Assembly: GCA_038062675.1 (NCBI GenBank)
Contig: JBBTWP010000001.1
Span: 48,920 to 112,919, forward strand
Source of the DNA: Patescibacteria group bacterium
GTDB taxonomy: Bacteria; Patescibacteriota; Minisyncoccia; Phycocordibacterales; UBA1550
Length of the DNA: 64,000 nt
Direction of reading: 5' to 3'
Shown here one piece after another: positions 52,570 to 61,690 of the stretch (the first letter of the stretch is position 1; every line of letters begins with the position of its first letter). The translations under genes and the position numbers were made by a program. Under the pieces are notes generated by a model, which searched no databases, was not told the origin of the DNA, and was given only the letters and a program-made list of their open reading frames with translations.

Positions 52570-53451
52570 ATGAGGAAAATAAAAGTTGGATATCTGGGGC
52601 CTGGTACTAATACTTTTGGGTACCAGGCCCTCCAGAAGTTTTTTGCAGGGAAAGGCTTCAAAAACATCGAGGCGGTGGCATTTACAAACCACAGCGAAGT
52701 GTGTTTAGCGGTCGGCAATATGGAAGTTGACTACGGTGTTGTTGCGATTGAGAATGTTATTGACGGGGTTGTGGCGGAGACTATCCGCGCTATTGAAAGT
52801 GTTGACAGTCACCTCGGCCTAAAAATCTGGGGCGAAGTCATCCTGTCGATAGAACTATTCTACATGAGCAAGAGTGGGGATGAATCACTTGTAAAAAAAC
52901 TCCTCTCTCATCCGACAGCTATTGGGCAATGCCGAAAGTTGGTATCCATGCTTCAAGAGCGTGGAATTCCAATCGAGGTACAGCCCTCGACATCTCGTGG
53001 TGCTGAGCTTGCATCAAGTGATTCTGAGGTTGCAGCACTTGCTTCCAAAGTTGCCCTAAGGAACTTTGGACTTAAGCTTATTCGCAAAGAGTCTGTTACT
53101 GACTACAAGAACAGTGCTACACGGTTCTGGGTTCTTGGAAAGGAGCATGCACGACTTGGCGAGGATACGGCATTAAAGTTTAAAACATGCTTCCTTGCCA
53201 ACCTTGAGCAAACAGCATCAGGAGTGCTTCATAAGACGCTTGGAGTTTTTGCAGAAAAAGGGATTAGCGTTCTCCTTGTGTACCCTAGCCCTATTTTGGG
53301 GAAAAAATGGGAATACACGTTTGTTCTTGAAGTAGGCGGTCATGTTTCGGAATCACGCATGATTGAGGCGTGGGAAGATTTTCGAAAACTTGGCATATCG
53401 CTCTTACCCCTGCGTTTCTTGGGGTCTTATCTTGATACAACATCAGGATGA
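52570..53451 (+). CDS. prephenate dehydratase-like protein with divergent ACT domain
   Basis: YLGPGTNTF, IENVIDG, SHPTAIGQC, NSATRFWVL, FLGSY. Confidence 0.85.
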   Translation: MRKIKVGYLGPGTNTFGYQALQKFFAGKGFKNIEAVAFTNHSEVCLAVGNMEVDYGVVAIENVIDGVVAETIRAIESVDSHLGLKIWGEVILSIELFYMSKSGDESLVKKLLSHPTAIGQCRKLVSMLQERGIPIEVQPSTSRGAELASSDSEVAALASKVALRNFGLKLIRKESVTDYKNSATRFWVLGKEHARLGEDTALKFKTCFLANLEQTASGVLHKTLGVFAEKGISVLLVYPSPILGKKWEYTFVLEVGGHVSESRMIEAWEDFRKLGISLLPLRFLGSYLDTTSG

Positions 53452-53452
53452 A

Positions 53453-53488
53453 AAAAACCGGGTTGAAATATACCCGGTTTTTCTTTTG
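53453..53488 (+). terminator. intrinsic terminator
   Basis: AAAAACCGGGT / ACCCGGTTTTT. Confidence 0.75.
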
Positions 53489-53535
53489 CTAGTTAACCTC
53501 CTGTTTTGAGGTGTATTTTGACTGTACTATTCACG

Positions 53536-53892
53536 GGCGCAGGGGAAGCTATTCAGAATGGCACGGCAGGTGACTTGTATGTCAGAATTCACGTCGCCCC
53601 ACATAAAGTATTCCATCGTGAGGGACAAAATCTCGTTATGCATCTTTCAGTGAAATTCACTGACGCTATTTTGGGCGCCGAATATCCAATAGAAACATTG
53701 GACGGCAAAATAGATTTGTCGATTCCGAAAGGGGTGTCGTCGGGTGAGGTTCTGCGTGTGCGCGGCAAAGGGGTGCCCATGGGCGCCAAGCACCGTGGCG
53801 ACCTCCTTATAAAGCTTGAAATAAAAACCCCCACCAAACTTTCCCGCCAAGCACTCAAGCTTGTTGAAGAACTGCGGGGGGAAGGTGTATAA
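53536..53892 (+). pseudogene. dnaJ: dnaJ 3' fragment (direct repeat copy 2)
   Basis: GAGEAIQNG...LRGEGV* nearly identical to the DnaJ C-terminus; no credible start. Confidence 0.9.
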
Positions 53893-53901
53893 TGAATGTA
53901 C

Positions 53902-54585
53902 ATGAATTTATTTTCTTGGACCCCGTTTATTTTGCAGACAATGGTATACCCGTTCACATGGGTCGGGTTAAGATTTTTTACACACATTCGTATCTTGGGA
54001 GAAGAAAATTTAGTGGGACATACACAAGGAGTAATCTTTGCTGTTAATCATCTCAGTGAACTTGACCCAATTCTAATCCCTGCAACACTGAATCCTTTTT
54101 CTCCTTTAATGCCTATGTTTTATACCGCTCGTGAGCGGTTTTTTTATGAAAAAAAAGGGCTTGCACAGTATTTTTATGGAGGCACCTTTTTTAAACTTTG
54201 GGGAGCATACACTGCGTATGTTGGGACAGGGGATCTCGCTTTGTCGCTTAGGCACCATATTCGCATTCTGAAAAAAGGAAAGAGCGTATGCATTTTCCCT
54301 GAGGGAGGTAAAATTCCAGAAGGAGTTATTATTGAGGGGAAAACCGGTGTTGCGTATTTGTTGTGGAGAACAGGGGTGCCAGTAATTCCTGTTGCTATGC
54401 GCGGACACTATAAAATGACTTCTCGAGAGTTTTGTGCGCGTACGCGCACAATCACGGTTTCATATGGAAAACCCATCACAAAGCAAGAACTTTTTAATTT
54501 GCGCCCAGATCCTGGGGTGGTACCCACGCGAGAAGAACTTCGTACTGCCACACATATCATTATGTCGCGTATTCGTGAGATGTAA
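53902..54585 (+). CDS. PlsC-like lysophospholipid acyltransferase
   Basis: NHLSELD (HX4D), IFPEGG, KTGVAYL, VIPV. Confidence 0.87.
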   Translation: MNLFSWTPFILQTMVYPFTWVGLRFFTHIRILGEENLVGHTQGVIFAVNHLSELDPILIPATLNPFSPLMPMFYTARERFFYEKKGLAQYFYGGTFFKLWGAYTAYVGTGDLALSLRHHIRILKKGKSVCIFPEGGKIPEGVIIEGKTGVAYLLWRTGVPVIPVAMRGHYKMTSREFCARTRTITVSYGKPITKQELFNLRPDPGVVPTREELRTATHIIMSRIREM

Positions 54586-54683
54586 AAAGATTTTTTTGTT
54601 TATGAATGCAAAGTAGGATTCTGTTTGGTATAATAGAGGAGGAGAATATAAGTCAAATTATTTTTTTAAATTAATCTACAAAA

Positions 54684-56318
54684 ATGCTTAGTCAGGAAGC
54701 CCTCCAAAAAATTTTAGGCATCAAAGAAGATGTGTATGTTACTCCAGAAGAAATGGCTGACAAGCTAAACATCACTTTTTTTCCGTATGACCCTAGATCC
54801 GCTAGTGCTCAAGTGTTGAAATTTTTACAACAACTGGAAAAGACTTTCTTGGAATTAAATGTAAATATCGTTCCGTATGAAAAAGCGCTCGTTAAAATTC
54901 CAACGAGGAAAATTTTAAAGAAAGTATATCTTCTGTCTCTTAATAATCTTTTTTATGTACTTGAAAAGATTACAGGAAGGGGTTCTGGTCGAAATTATGT
55001 TGAACTTTCAGCGATAAAAAAAATGCTCTTGAGACCAAAGAGAGTGAAGGCCGGCATTTCGATTATTGCTATAGCCAATGAGAAGGCAGGGGAGTTGCCA
55101 ATTGATTATACTTCGAGTTTTCGACACAGTTCTGTTGTGACGGTGCTCGATATGCCAAGTAATATCTCAAAAGAGTCTACTTTCCATGAACATTTTGATA
55201 CGGCAATGTCTTTGTTTGCACAACATATGACCAATATTGTGATTGGAGTGAACCAAAAAGAATGGATACTATATAATTTTAATGCTTCTCATCCAGTATA
55301 TCCGCTTCATGAAAATTTCAAGGCTAACATTTTGAAGGCGTTGATTTCAAAAATTGTTGCACCGATTATGCCATACCGTTTTTCTGATTTTGCAGCCACC
55401 TCCGAGCATTTTAAAGTAACTGATGAGCCATACAAAAGTCTTGTTGCGGATTTTTTGGCAAGTGGAGAACTCCTCGAAAAAGCTTCTCTTTATCCGAAAG
55501 GAAAAAAAATAAATGATTTGCCATTTCGGAATGAGTTTTATAAATTGGTAGGTAAAATACATTTGGATAATAGAAGTGGGATGAGCTATGGGTTTCTTGC
55601 GTTGCAGATGCCGGTGAATGTTACGCCTGCAGTTCTCTTTGAAAAATCTCCAGAAAAAGAATTTTTCATGAATACAAAAAAAGATTATATAGTAAAGGAA
55701 GATGGAACAATTTTTATTGCAGTAGAATTGTCGCAAGCAAAGTATGTTGTAAAAGTTCCTGATATTTTTGTATTGTCTCAAAAATCTGGTTCTGATAAAA
55801 CAAATTTTAATCCAGACAAAGATTTGATCAGGCTTGGCTTGGTTAAGGGGGCGATGGTTCTTGCGACGCCGGAAGGTCTGGTCCTTACTTCGGATTTTAA
55901 GCCTTCTTTTGACACCAAAGTCATTCTTGCTCATGCGGTGGGGAATGCAATTGTTGCCTCGCTATTGAAAGTGGTTGAAAAAGAATCCAAGTTTGTGGAT
56001 ATGCTTGAAGCGCGGGGTATGGCACTTGTGCATTGGCATGGATATGTGAATCAGAAATTTATCCCTGACAATTTCCATGTACATGGTGCGGGGAATCCGC
56101 ATGTTTCTTGTTCTTCTCCACAATCTGCCCTTTATGCTATTGATGGAAAATTACGAGCTTTTTCTCACGCGCTCACAGAAGGAGTTGGCTATTTGGGCGA
56201 TGTGCACATTGAGCCACACCATGGAACAAACATGACTTTCCCGTCGCTTGAGGCGTTTGGGAGGTTTGTAACGAGTGGTCCAGAAGTCACATCCTTGGGT
56301 AATAAGTATCTCCACTAA
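54684..56318 (+). CDS. hypothetical protein with His-rich, possibly class II aldolase-like C-terminal domain
   Basis: 544 aa ORF; PSFDT, LVHWHG, EPHHG. Confidence 0.6.
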   Translation: MLSQEALQKILGIKEDVYVTPEEMADKLNITFFPYDPRSASAQVLKFLQQLEKTFLELNVNIVPYEKALVKIPTRKILKKVYLLSLNNLFYVLEKITGRGSGRNYVELSAIKKMLLRPKRVKAGISIIAIANEKAGELPIDYTSSFRHSSVVTVLDMPSNISKESTFHEHFDTAMSLFAQHMTNIVIGVNQKEWILYNFNASHPVYPLHENFKANILKALISKIVAPIMPYRFSDFAATSEHFKVTDEPYKSLVADFLASGELLEKASLYPKGKKINDLPFRNEFYKLVGKIHLDNRSGMSYGFLALQMPVNVTPAVLFEKSPEKEFFMNTKKDYIVKEDGTIFIAVELSQAKYVVKVPDIFVLSQKSGSDKTNFNPDKDLIRLGLVKGAMVLATPEGLVLTSDFKPSFDTKVILAHAVGNAIVASLLKVVEKESKFVDMLEARGMALVHWHGYVNQKFIPDNFHVHGAGNPHVSCSSPQSALYAIDGKLRAFSHALTEGVGYLGDVHIEPHHGTNMTFPSLEAFGRFVTSGPEVTSLGNKYLH

Positions 56319-56323
56319 TATTT

Positions 56324-58024
56324 ATGGATATTCTTTCAGAAATAAATTATTACAGTTTTGCACTACTTCTTGGCGGGGTGGTTGCCTTAGTTTCTGGTAT
56401 CAGTGTTTATTTGAAAAGTGAAAAAGGAGAACAGTACGGTGTATGGTTATTGTTGAACATTAGTAGCGCGGTATGGAGTTTTGGATACTTTATAATGATT
56501 CTTGCAAAGAGTGATAAAATCGCCTTGTGGAGTAATTGGATGCTCCATTTTGGTGCAATTTTTATCCCAGTTCTGTATTTTTTGTTCATTATTTTTATAA
56601 CAGACGCATATAAAAAATACAGACGATATATATATGTTGGAGTTATTTTTTTACTTTTCTTTTTAATCACTAACACAACAACGTTTTTTGTGAAAGGGGT
56701 TTTACCAAAATATGTTTTTAATTACGCTCCTGACGCCGGACCCCTATACCCATATTTTACGGCCTACTTCTTTTTCTTTATTGGACTTGCTATCTTCATT
56801 TTGATATTAAAAATTTTAAGGACTGAAGGTCAAGAAGCTTTGCGTTTAAAATATATTCTGTGGTCTTCTATCGCAGGGTTTCTTGGTGGGGGAAGTGTAT
56901 TCTTTTTAACATTCAACGTGGACATACCACCATATCCTTTGATTGCATTCTCTCTTTACCCGTTAATTATCGATTACGCAATTCTTAAACACAATCTTTT
57001 TAGTATTAAGGTTATTCTTGTTGAGCTTGCTGTTTTTCTTTTGAACTTATTTTTGTTCCTCAATGTTTTGACTTTTAATAGCATAGACAGCTTTATTCTT
57101 AACGGATCAGTATTTTTGGCTACTCTCATTTTTAGTGTGTTACTTTTGCGAACGATTTATAAAGACATTCGAATACGTGAGAGGGTTTCGGAGTTGGCAA
57201 AGCAAATGATGGTCGCCAATGACCGGTTGAGGTATATGGAAAAACAAAAAACAGAATTTGTTTCCATTGCGTCTCACCAGTTGCGTACGCCCCTCACGGT
57301 TATTAAGGGATATGTGTCCATGATTAGAGAGGGGACGTTTGGACCTCTTTCTGAGAGTGCTCGTGATGCAATGGACAAATTGCATAAATCCAGCGAAAAA
57401 ATGGTGGAACTTGTGGAAGACCTCCTAACGGTTTCTCGGTTGGAACAGAAGCGCGCAGTGCTTCGCTTTGAGGTTACTGACGTTGTGCGTATGATGCGCA
57501 ACATTATCGCCGGAGTGGAAGACGAGGCTGATCATGTGGGGCTTAAAATGTCCCTTGTTGCGCCGGCGGACATGAAATTTCTTTCTATGATCGATGAGAA
57601 AAAGTTTATTCAAGCAATAAAACATATCTTGGATAATGCCATTCGATATACAAATCCACCCGGTTTTGTGCGTATTGTGATTTCAAAAAGCACTCTGCCG
57701 GGAATGATTCGAATTTCTATTTCAGACACCGGCATGGGGATGACTGAAGAAAAATTGCGATCTCTTTCGGAACAACTTGATTTCAAGGCAAGTGCGGTGG
57801 TTGCCAGACTTAAGACAATAATGCCAAAAACAAAGCACCAGCCCGGAGAGGTTCTCGGTCAATCGGAGGTAAAAAATGCGCCAACAGGAGACAAGACAGT
57901 AGGGGTAGGTCTCTACATCGCTAAAGAGATCATCTCTGCACATCGAGGCAATATTTGGGCAAAATCCGAGGGCCTGAATAAAGGAACTACGGTTATTGTG
58001 GAAATTCCCGAGGTGAAGAATTAA
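56324..58024 (+). CDS. sensor histidine kinase with multi-TM (7TM-type) input domain
   Basis: SIASHQLRTPL H-box, LDNAIRYT N-box, DTGMG, GVGLYI. Confidence 0.92.
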   Translation: MDILSEINYYSFALLLGGVVALVSGISVYLKSEKGEQYGVWLLLNISSAVWSFGYFIMILAKSDKIALWSNWMLHFGAIFIPVLYFLFIIFITDAYKKYRRYIYVGVIFLLFFLITNTTTFFVKGVLPKYVFNYAPDAGPLYPYFTAYFFFFIGLAIFILILKILRTEGQEALRLKYILWSSIAGFLGGGSVFFLTFNVDIPPYPLIAFSLYPLIIDYAILKHNLFSIKVILVELAVFLLNLFLFLNVLTFNSIDSFILNGSVFLATLIFSVLLLRTIYKDIRIRERVSELAKQMMVANDRLRYMEKQKTEFVSIASHQLRTPLTVIKGYVSMIREGTFGPLSESARDAMDKLHKSSEKMVELVEDLLTVSRLEQKRAVLRFEVTDVVRMMRNIIAGVEDEADHVGLKMSLVAPADMKFLSMIDEKKFIQAIKHILDNAIRYTNPPGFVRIVISKSTLPGMIRISISDTGMGMTEEKLRSLSEQLDFKASAVVARLKTIMPKTKHQPGEVLGQSEVKNAPTGDKTVGVGLYIAKEIISAHRGNIWAKSEGLNKGTTVIVEIPEVKN

Positions 58025-58154
58025 AAATCCTTGACGCCCCCTCGATGGTAATAAATGCCAGAAATTTGACTTAAAAGCCTTGTTTTGGAGGGTTTGCAGT
58101 GGATTTGAAGGTTTCCCTTGCAATTTCTTTTATTTTGTGTAGAATAAAGGGACT

Positions 58155-58472
58155 ATGAATTTTGCAGTAATCCAGACAGGCGGTAAACAATACAAGGTCG
58201 CTCCGGGCGAAATGCTCACGATTGAGAAGCTTCCGGGCGACTTTAAAAAAGGGGACAAGATTGTTTTTGATCAGGTTCTCTTGGTCAACGACGGCTCAAA
58301 GACTCTTGTTGGAGCACCACTTGTTTCTGGGGCAACCGTCGAAGCTGATTTTGAGGAGAATGGCCGTGGTAAAAAAGTCATTGTCATTCACTATCGCCAA
58401 AAGAGCCGTCATTTTAAAAAGAACGGACATCGTCAGCCTTACACAAAAGTAAAGATAAGTGCAATTAAGTAA
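58155..58472 (+). CDS. rplU: 50S ribosomal protein L21
   Basis: AVIQTGGKQYKV, GHRQPYT. Confidence 0.96.
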   Translation: MNFAVIQTGGKQYKVAPGEMLTIEKLPGDFKKGDKIVFDQVLLVNDGSKTLVGAPLVSGATVEADFEENGRGKKVIVIHYRQKSRHFKKNGHRQPYTKVKISAIK

Positions 58473-58550
58473 ATAACTCTGCAAAAAAAATCGGCTCACG
58501 CCGATTTTTTAGTATGACGAGTTTGTAAATTGCATGCTATGATGGGAGTT

Positions 58551-59534
58551 GTGAAATATCGTCTTTTTTACATTTCAGGGATAGTTACGGCTGTTGGGCT
58601 TCTGTCCGCGTTTTTGTGGGGTGGCACAAAGGCACTTTTTATAACGGGACTTTTAGCGATACTAGAAGTAACGTTGTCTTTCGATAATGCGGTGGTGAAT
58701 GCGAAGATATTAAAACGCATGAATGCCCTCTGGCAGGAGCGTTTTTTGACGTGGGGGATTTTGGTTGCGGTATTTGGGACACGCGTATTCCTCCCTATTC
58801 TTATTGTGGCGGCGAGCGTCGGAGCTTCGCCTTGGGTTATCGCAACTCTTGCGGTCAATGATTCTGTTCAGTATGCCAAGCTGGTGGCAGATGCGCATTA
58901 TGCCATCGGAGCCTTTGGCGGAATATTTCTCCTTCTTGTATCATTGAAATATTTTTTTGATGCAGAAAAAAATGTACATTGGATTTCCGCTGTCGAGCGA
59001 CGACTGGCAAGGTGGGGGAGTATCGAGGCGATTGAAATCGCACTTGCTCTTGTTGGCATTGCGGTGCTCTCAGTGCTTGTTGACTCAACCCACCAATCAA
59101 CGGTGCTGTTTTCAGGGCTCATTGGCGCAATTCTCTTTATTGTCATCGAGGGTGTTGCAAGCTCGTTTGATGTGGAAGCAAAGGGTGTTGCTGGGAGCAG
59201 TATCGCACTTTTTTTGTATTTAAATGTACTCGATTCGGCATTTTCTTTAGATGGTGTGGTGGGTGCGTTTGCCCTTTCTTCTGACTTGGTAGTGATTGGC
59301 ATCGGGCTTGGCATTGGTGCGTTCTTTGTCCGCTCTCTGACAGTATTTTTTGTGCGTGAGCGCATGCTCGATACGTTGGTATATCTTGAACACGGAGCGC
59401 ATTGGGCAATATTTGGGCTTGCAATGACGATGCTCGGTGGACTTTTGGTGCCTATTAACGAAGTGATCATCGGGCTCATCGGGTTTGTGTTTATTGTGCT
59501 CGCGTATGTTTCGTCAAAAAAAGCACTGCGGTAG
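58551..59534 (+). CDS. DUF475/TerC-family membrane protein
   Basis: LEVTLSFDNAVVNA, DSAFSLDGVVGAFA, YLEHGAHWAI; start uncertain. Confidence 0.88.
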   Translation: MKYRLFYISGIVTAVGLLSAFLWGGTKALFITGLLAILEVTLSFDNAVVNAKILKRMNALWQERFLTWGILVAVFGTRVFLPILIVAASVGASPWVIATLAVNDSVQYAKLVADAHYAIGAFGGIFLLLVSLKYFFDAEKNVHWISAVERRLARWGSIEAIEIALALVGIAVLSVLVDSTHQSTVLFSGLIGAILFIVIEGVASSFDVEAKGVAGSSIALFLYLNVLDSAFSLDGVVGAFALSSDLVVIGIGLGIGAFFVRSLTVFFVRERMLDTLVYLEHGAHWAIFGLAMTMLGGLLVPINEVIIGLIGFVFIVLAYVSSKKALR

Positions 59535-59557
59535 GTAGATTAAGGTTTAGGCTGGGG

Positions 59558-60169
59558 CTATCCCCGATTTTTGAGCGCGTGGCGGAGGGTTTCGGAGTCG
59601 GAGTACTCGAGCTCGGTACCGGTGGAGAGACCGCGTCCAAGGGTGGTGATTTTGAGCCCATGTTTCTGCGTTAGTGGTTCAAGTGTCTTGGCGACATAGT
59701 CGCGGGTAAAATCGCCCTCAACGTTCGCAGAAAGGGCAAGGATGACTTCAGAGAGGCCTTCTTTTGTGCCGTGCTCGATGCGCGCCAGAAGCTCGCGGAT
59801 GCGAATTTTTGACGCTGGGTCGCGCTCAAGGACGGGGATGGTGCCACCAAGCACAAAATATCGTCCCGCATGTCCGCCGCTGCGGCGCATGTTTTCCATG
59901 TCGGAGTCTTTTTCAATAACCAAAAGTGCGCTTGGGTCAGCATCGCTTGAACATATGTCGCATATGGTTCCGTTGTTTTTGTGCGGATAAAAGCGAAAAC
60001 ATGATGAGCATTGTGCAATATTATTTTTGAGGTCGCCAATTTCGCGCACCAAGCTTTCGAGAAAACGCGGATCTTGAGCAAGGAGAAAATACACAAAGCG
60101 TTTTGCTTGGCGTGTCCCAATGCCGGGGAACTTCATAAATAAACTCGCAAGATTTTCGATGGTACTCAT
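59558..60169 (-). CDS. recR: recombination mediator RecR
   Basis: FPGIG HhH, CSSC..CDIC, Toprim EGDFT, GTELEYSD. Confidence 0.95.
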   Translation of the reverse strand: MSTIENLASLFMKFPGIGTRQAKRFVYFLLAQDPRFLESLVREIGDLKNNIAQCSSCFRFYPHKNNGTICDICSSDADPSALLVIEKDSDMENMRRSGGHAGRYFVLGGTIPVLERDPASKIRIRELLARIEHGTKEGLSEVILALSANVEGDFTRDYVAKTLEPLTQKHGLKITTLGRGLSTGTELEYSDSETLRHALKNRG

Positions 60170-60184
60170 ACGGTGCCGCAGAAA

Positions 60185-61585
60185 TTAAAAATCATCAACA
60201 TTTCCCCCCGCACGGCTCATGCTCCCCGGATTGTAGTCGTGTTGCTTGTCGAGAGAAACAAACGTTGATTTTTCTTGATCGAAAAAAAGCTCAACTTCAC
60301 CAACGGGGCCGTTGCGGTGCTTTTCAACGATGATTTGGGCGATATTCGGCTTGTCAGAGTTCTCGTTGTATTTATCGTCGCGGTGGATGAAAATAACCAC
60401 ATCGGCGTCTTGTTCGATAGAACCTGAGTCGCGAAGGTCGGAGAGGCGAGGACGGTCACGACGTGTTTCAATGGCACGAGAGAGCTGTGAGAGGGCAATA
60501 ACGGGCACATCGAGGTCTTTGGCGAGCCCTTTCAAGGAACGCGAGATTTCGGTCACTTGGTTCACCATAGAGTCGTAGTGTTTTGCGGTACCCATAAGCT
60601 GGAGGTAGTCGATAATAATAAGTCCCAGTCCGTGCTCACTTTTCAGCTTTCGTGCGGCGGAACGCATCTTCATGATAGTGTTTCCTGCTTGGTCGTCGAT
60701 GAAAATAGGCGCCTTAGAGAGACGGTCAAGGGAGTTCCGGAGTTTATCGAAGTCTTCGTCAAGCGAAAGTTTTCCGGTGCGAAGTTTCCATGCGTTGACG
60801 CGGGACTCGGCTGCAAGCATGCGGTCGACAAGTTGCTGAGTGTTCATTTCGAGAGAAAAAATACCGACAGGAACTTTGTATTGAATCGCAGCTTGTCGTG
60901 CGATGTCGAGCGCGAGTGTCGTCTTTCCCATAGAGGGACGTGCTGCAAGGATGATAAGATCGGATTTTTGAAAACCGGAAAGAAGTGTATCGAGGGCAGG
61001 GAAACCACTAGGGACTCCGCGGAGCTCGCTTCCTTCTTTGTGCATTTTGTCGAGTCGATCCCACGCCTCTTCCAGTGTGTCTTTAATGTTGACGAATTTT
61101 TTGGTGACGCTCGCGTTGGTGATGGAGTAAATTTTTTTCTCCGCTTCATCCAAAACATTTTCAATCTCTTCTGCTTCATTATAGCCAAGCTCGGAAATGT
61201 GCTCGGCCGCTTCAATGAGTGTGCGCAGGATGTATTTGCGCTGAACCATCTCGGCATAGTATTTTGCGTTGGTCGAAGAGGGGACAGAGTCAGTAAGCTC
61301 GGCAAGATAGCTTCCTCCACCAATGCCATCAAACTTACCTCGCTCTTTGAGGCGTGCCGACACCGAAAGAAGGTCGATAGGTTCATGTCGCGTATGAAGC
61401 TCGATCATGGCATCGAAAAGCATGCGATGCTTTTCGACATAAAATGACTCACGGGTGAGAACATCGGCAACGTCGTACATTCCTTCAGGGCGGATCATGA
61501 GCGACCCAAGAAGGGCTTTTTCTGAGTCGATGTTCTGTGGAGGAATGCGGAGCTCTCTGGATTTAAACTGTTGTTTGGTTGCCAT
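60185..61585 (-). CDS. dnaB: replicative DNA helicase
   Basis: AARPSMGKT, IDYLQLM, LSQLSR, DLRDSGSIEQDAD, KHRNGP. Confidence 0.97.
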   Translation of the reverse strand: MATKQQFKSRELRIPPQNIDSEKALLGSLMIRPEGMYDVADVLTRESFYVEKHRMLFDAMIELHTRHEPIDLLSVSARLKERGKFDGIGGGSYLAELTDSVPSSTNAKYYAEMVQRKYILRTLIEAAEHISELGYNEAEEIENVLDEAEKKIYSITNASVTKKFVNIKDTLEEAWDRLDKMHKEGSELRGVPSGFPALDTLLSGFQKSDLIILAARPSMGKTTLALDIARQAAIQYKVPVGIFSLEMNTQQLVDRMLAAESRVNAWKLRTGKLSLDEDFDKLRNSLDRLSKAPIFIDDQAGNTIMKMRSAARKLKSEHGLGLIIIDYLQLMGTAKHYDSMVNQVTEISRSLKGLAKDLDVPVIALSQLSRAIETRRDRPRLSDLRDSGSIEQDADVVIFIHRDDKYNENSDKPNIAQIIVEKHRNGPVGEVELFFDQEKSTFVSLDKQHDYNPGSMSRAGGNVDDF

Positions 61586-61690
61586 AGGGTCTATTCTAGC
61601 ATACCGCCCCTTGGGGCGGTATGGAGGAGTGGGGGAAAGTTGGTGGAAAAGAGGGGGATAGTGGTAGAAACCCCACGTTAACTTGAATTC

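Larger units (their letters stand above)
47631..53535. mobile_element. integrase-less genomic island between duplicated dnaJ 3' ends
   Basis: flanked by 357-bp direct repeats; partly more AT-rich than the flanks; no recombinase gene seen. Confidence 0.75.

Noticed and set aside
53506-53892. 128-aa ORF as an independent DnaJ-CTD gene
   Set aside because: The TTG start and first ~10 codons are non-homologous spacer sequence; it is better explained as the duplicated dnaJ tail.
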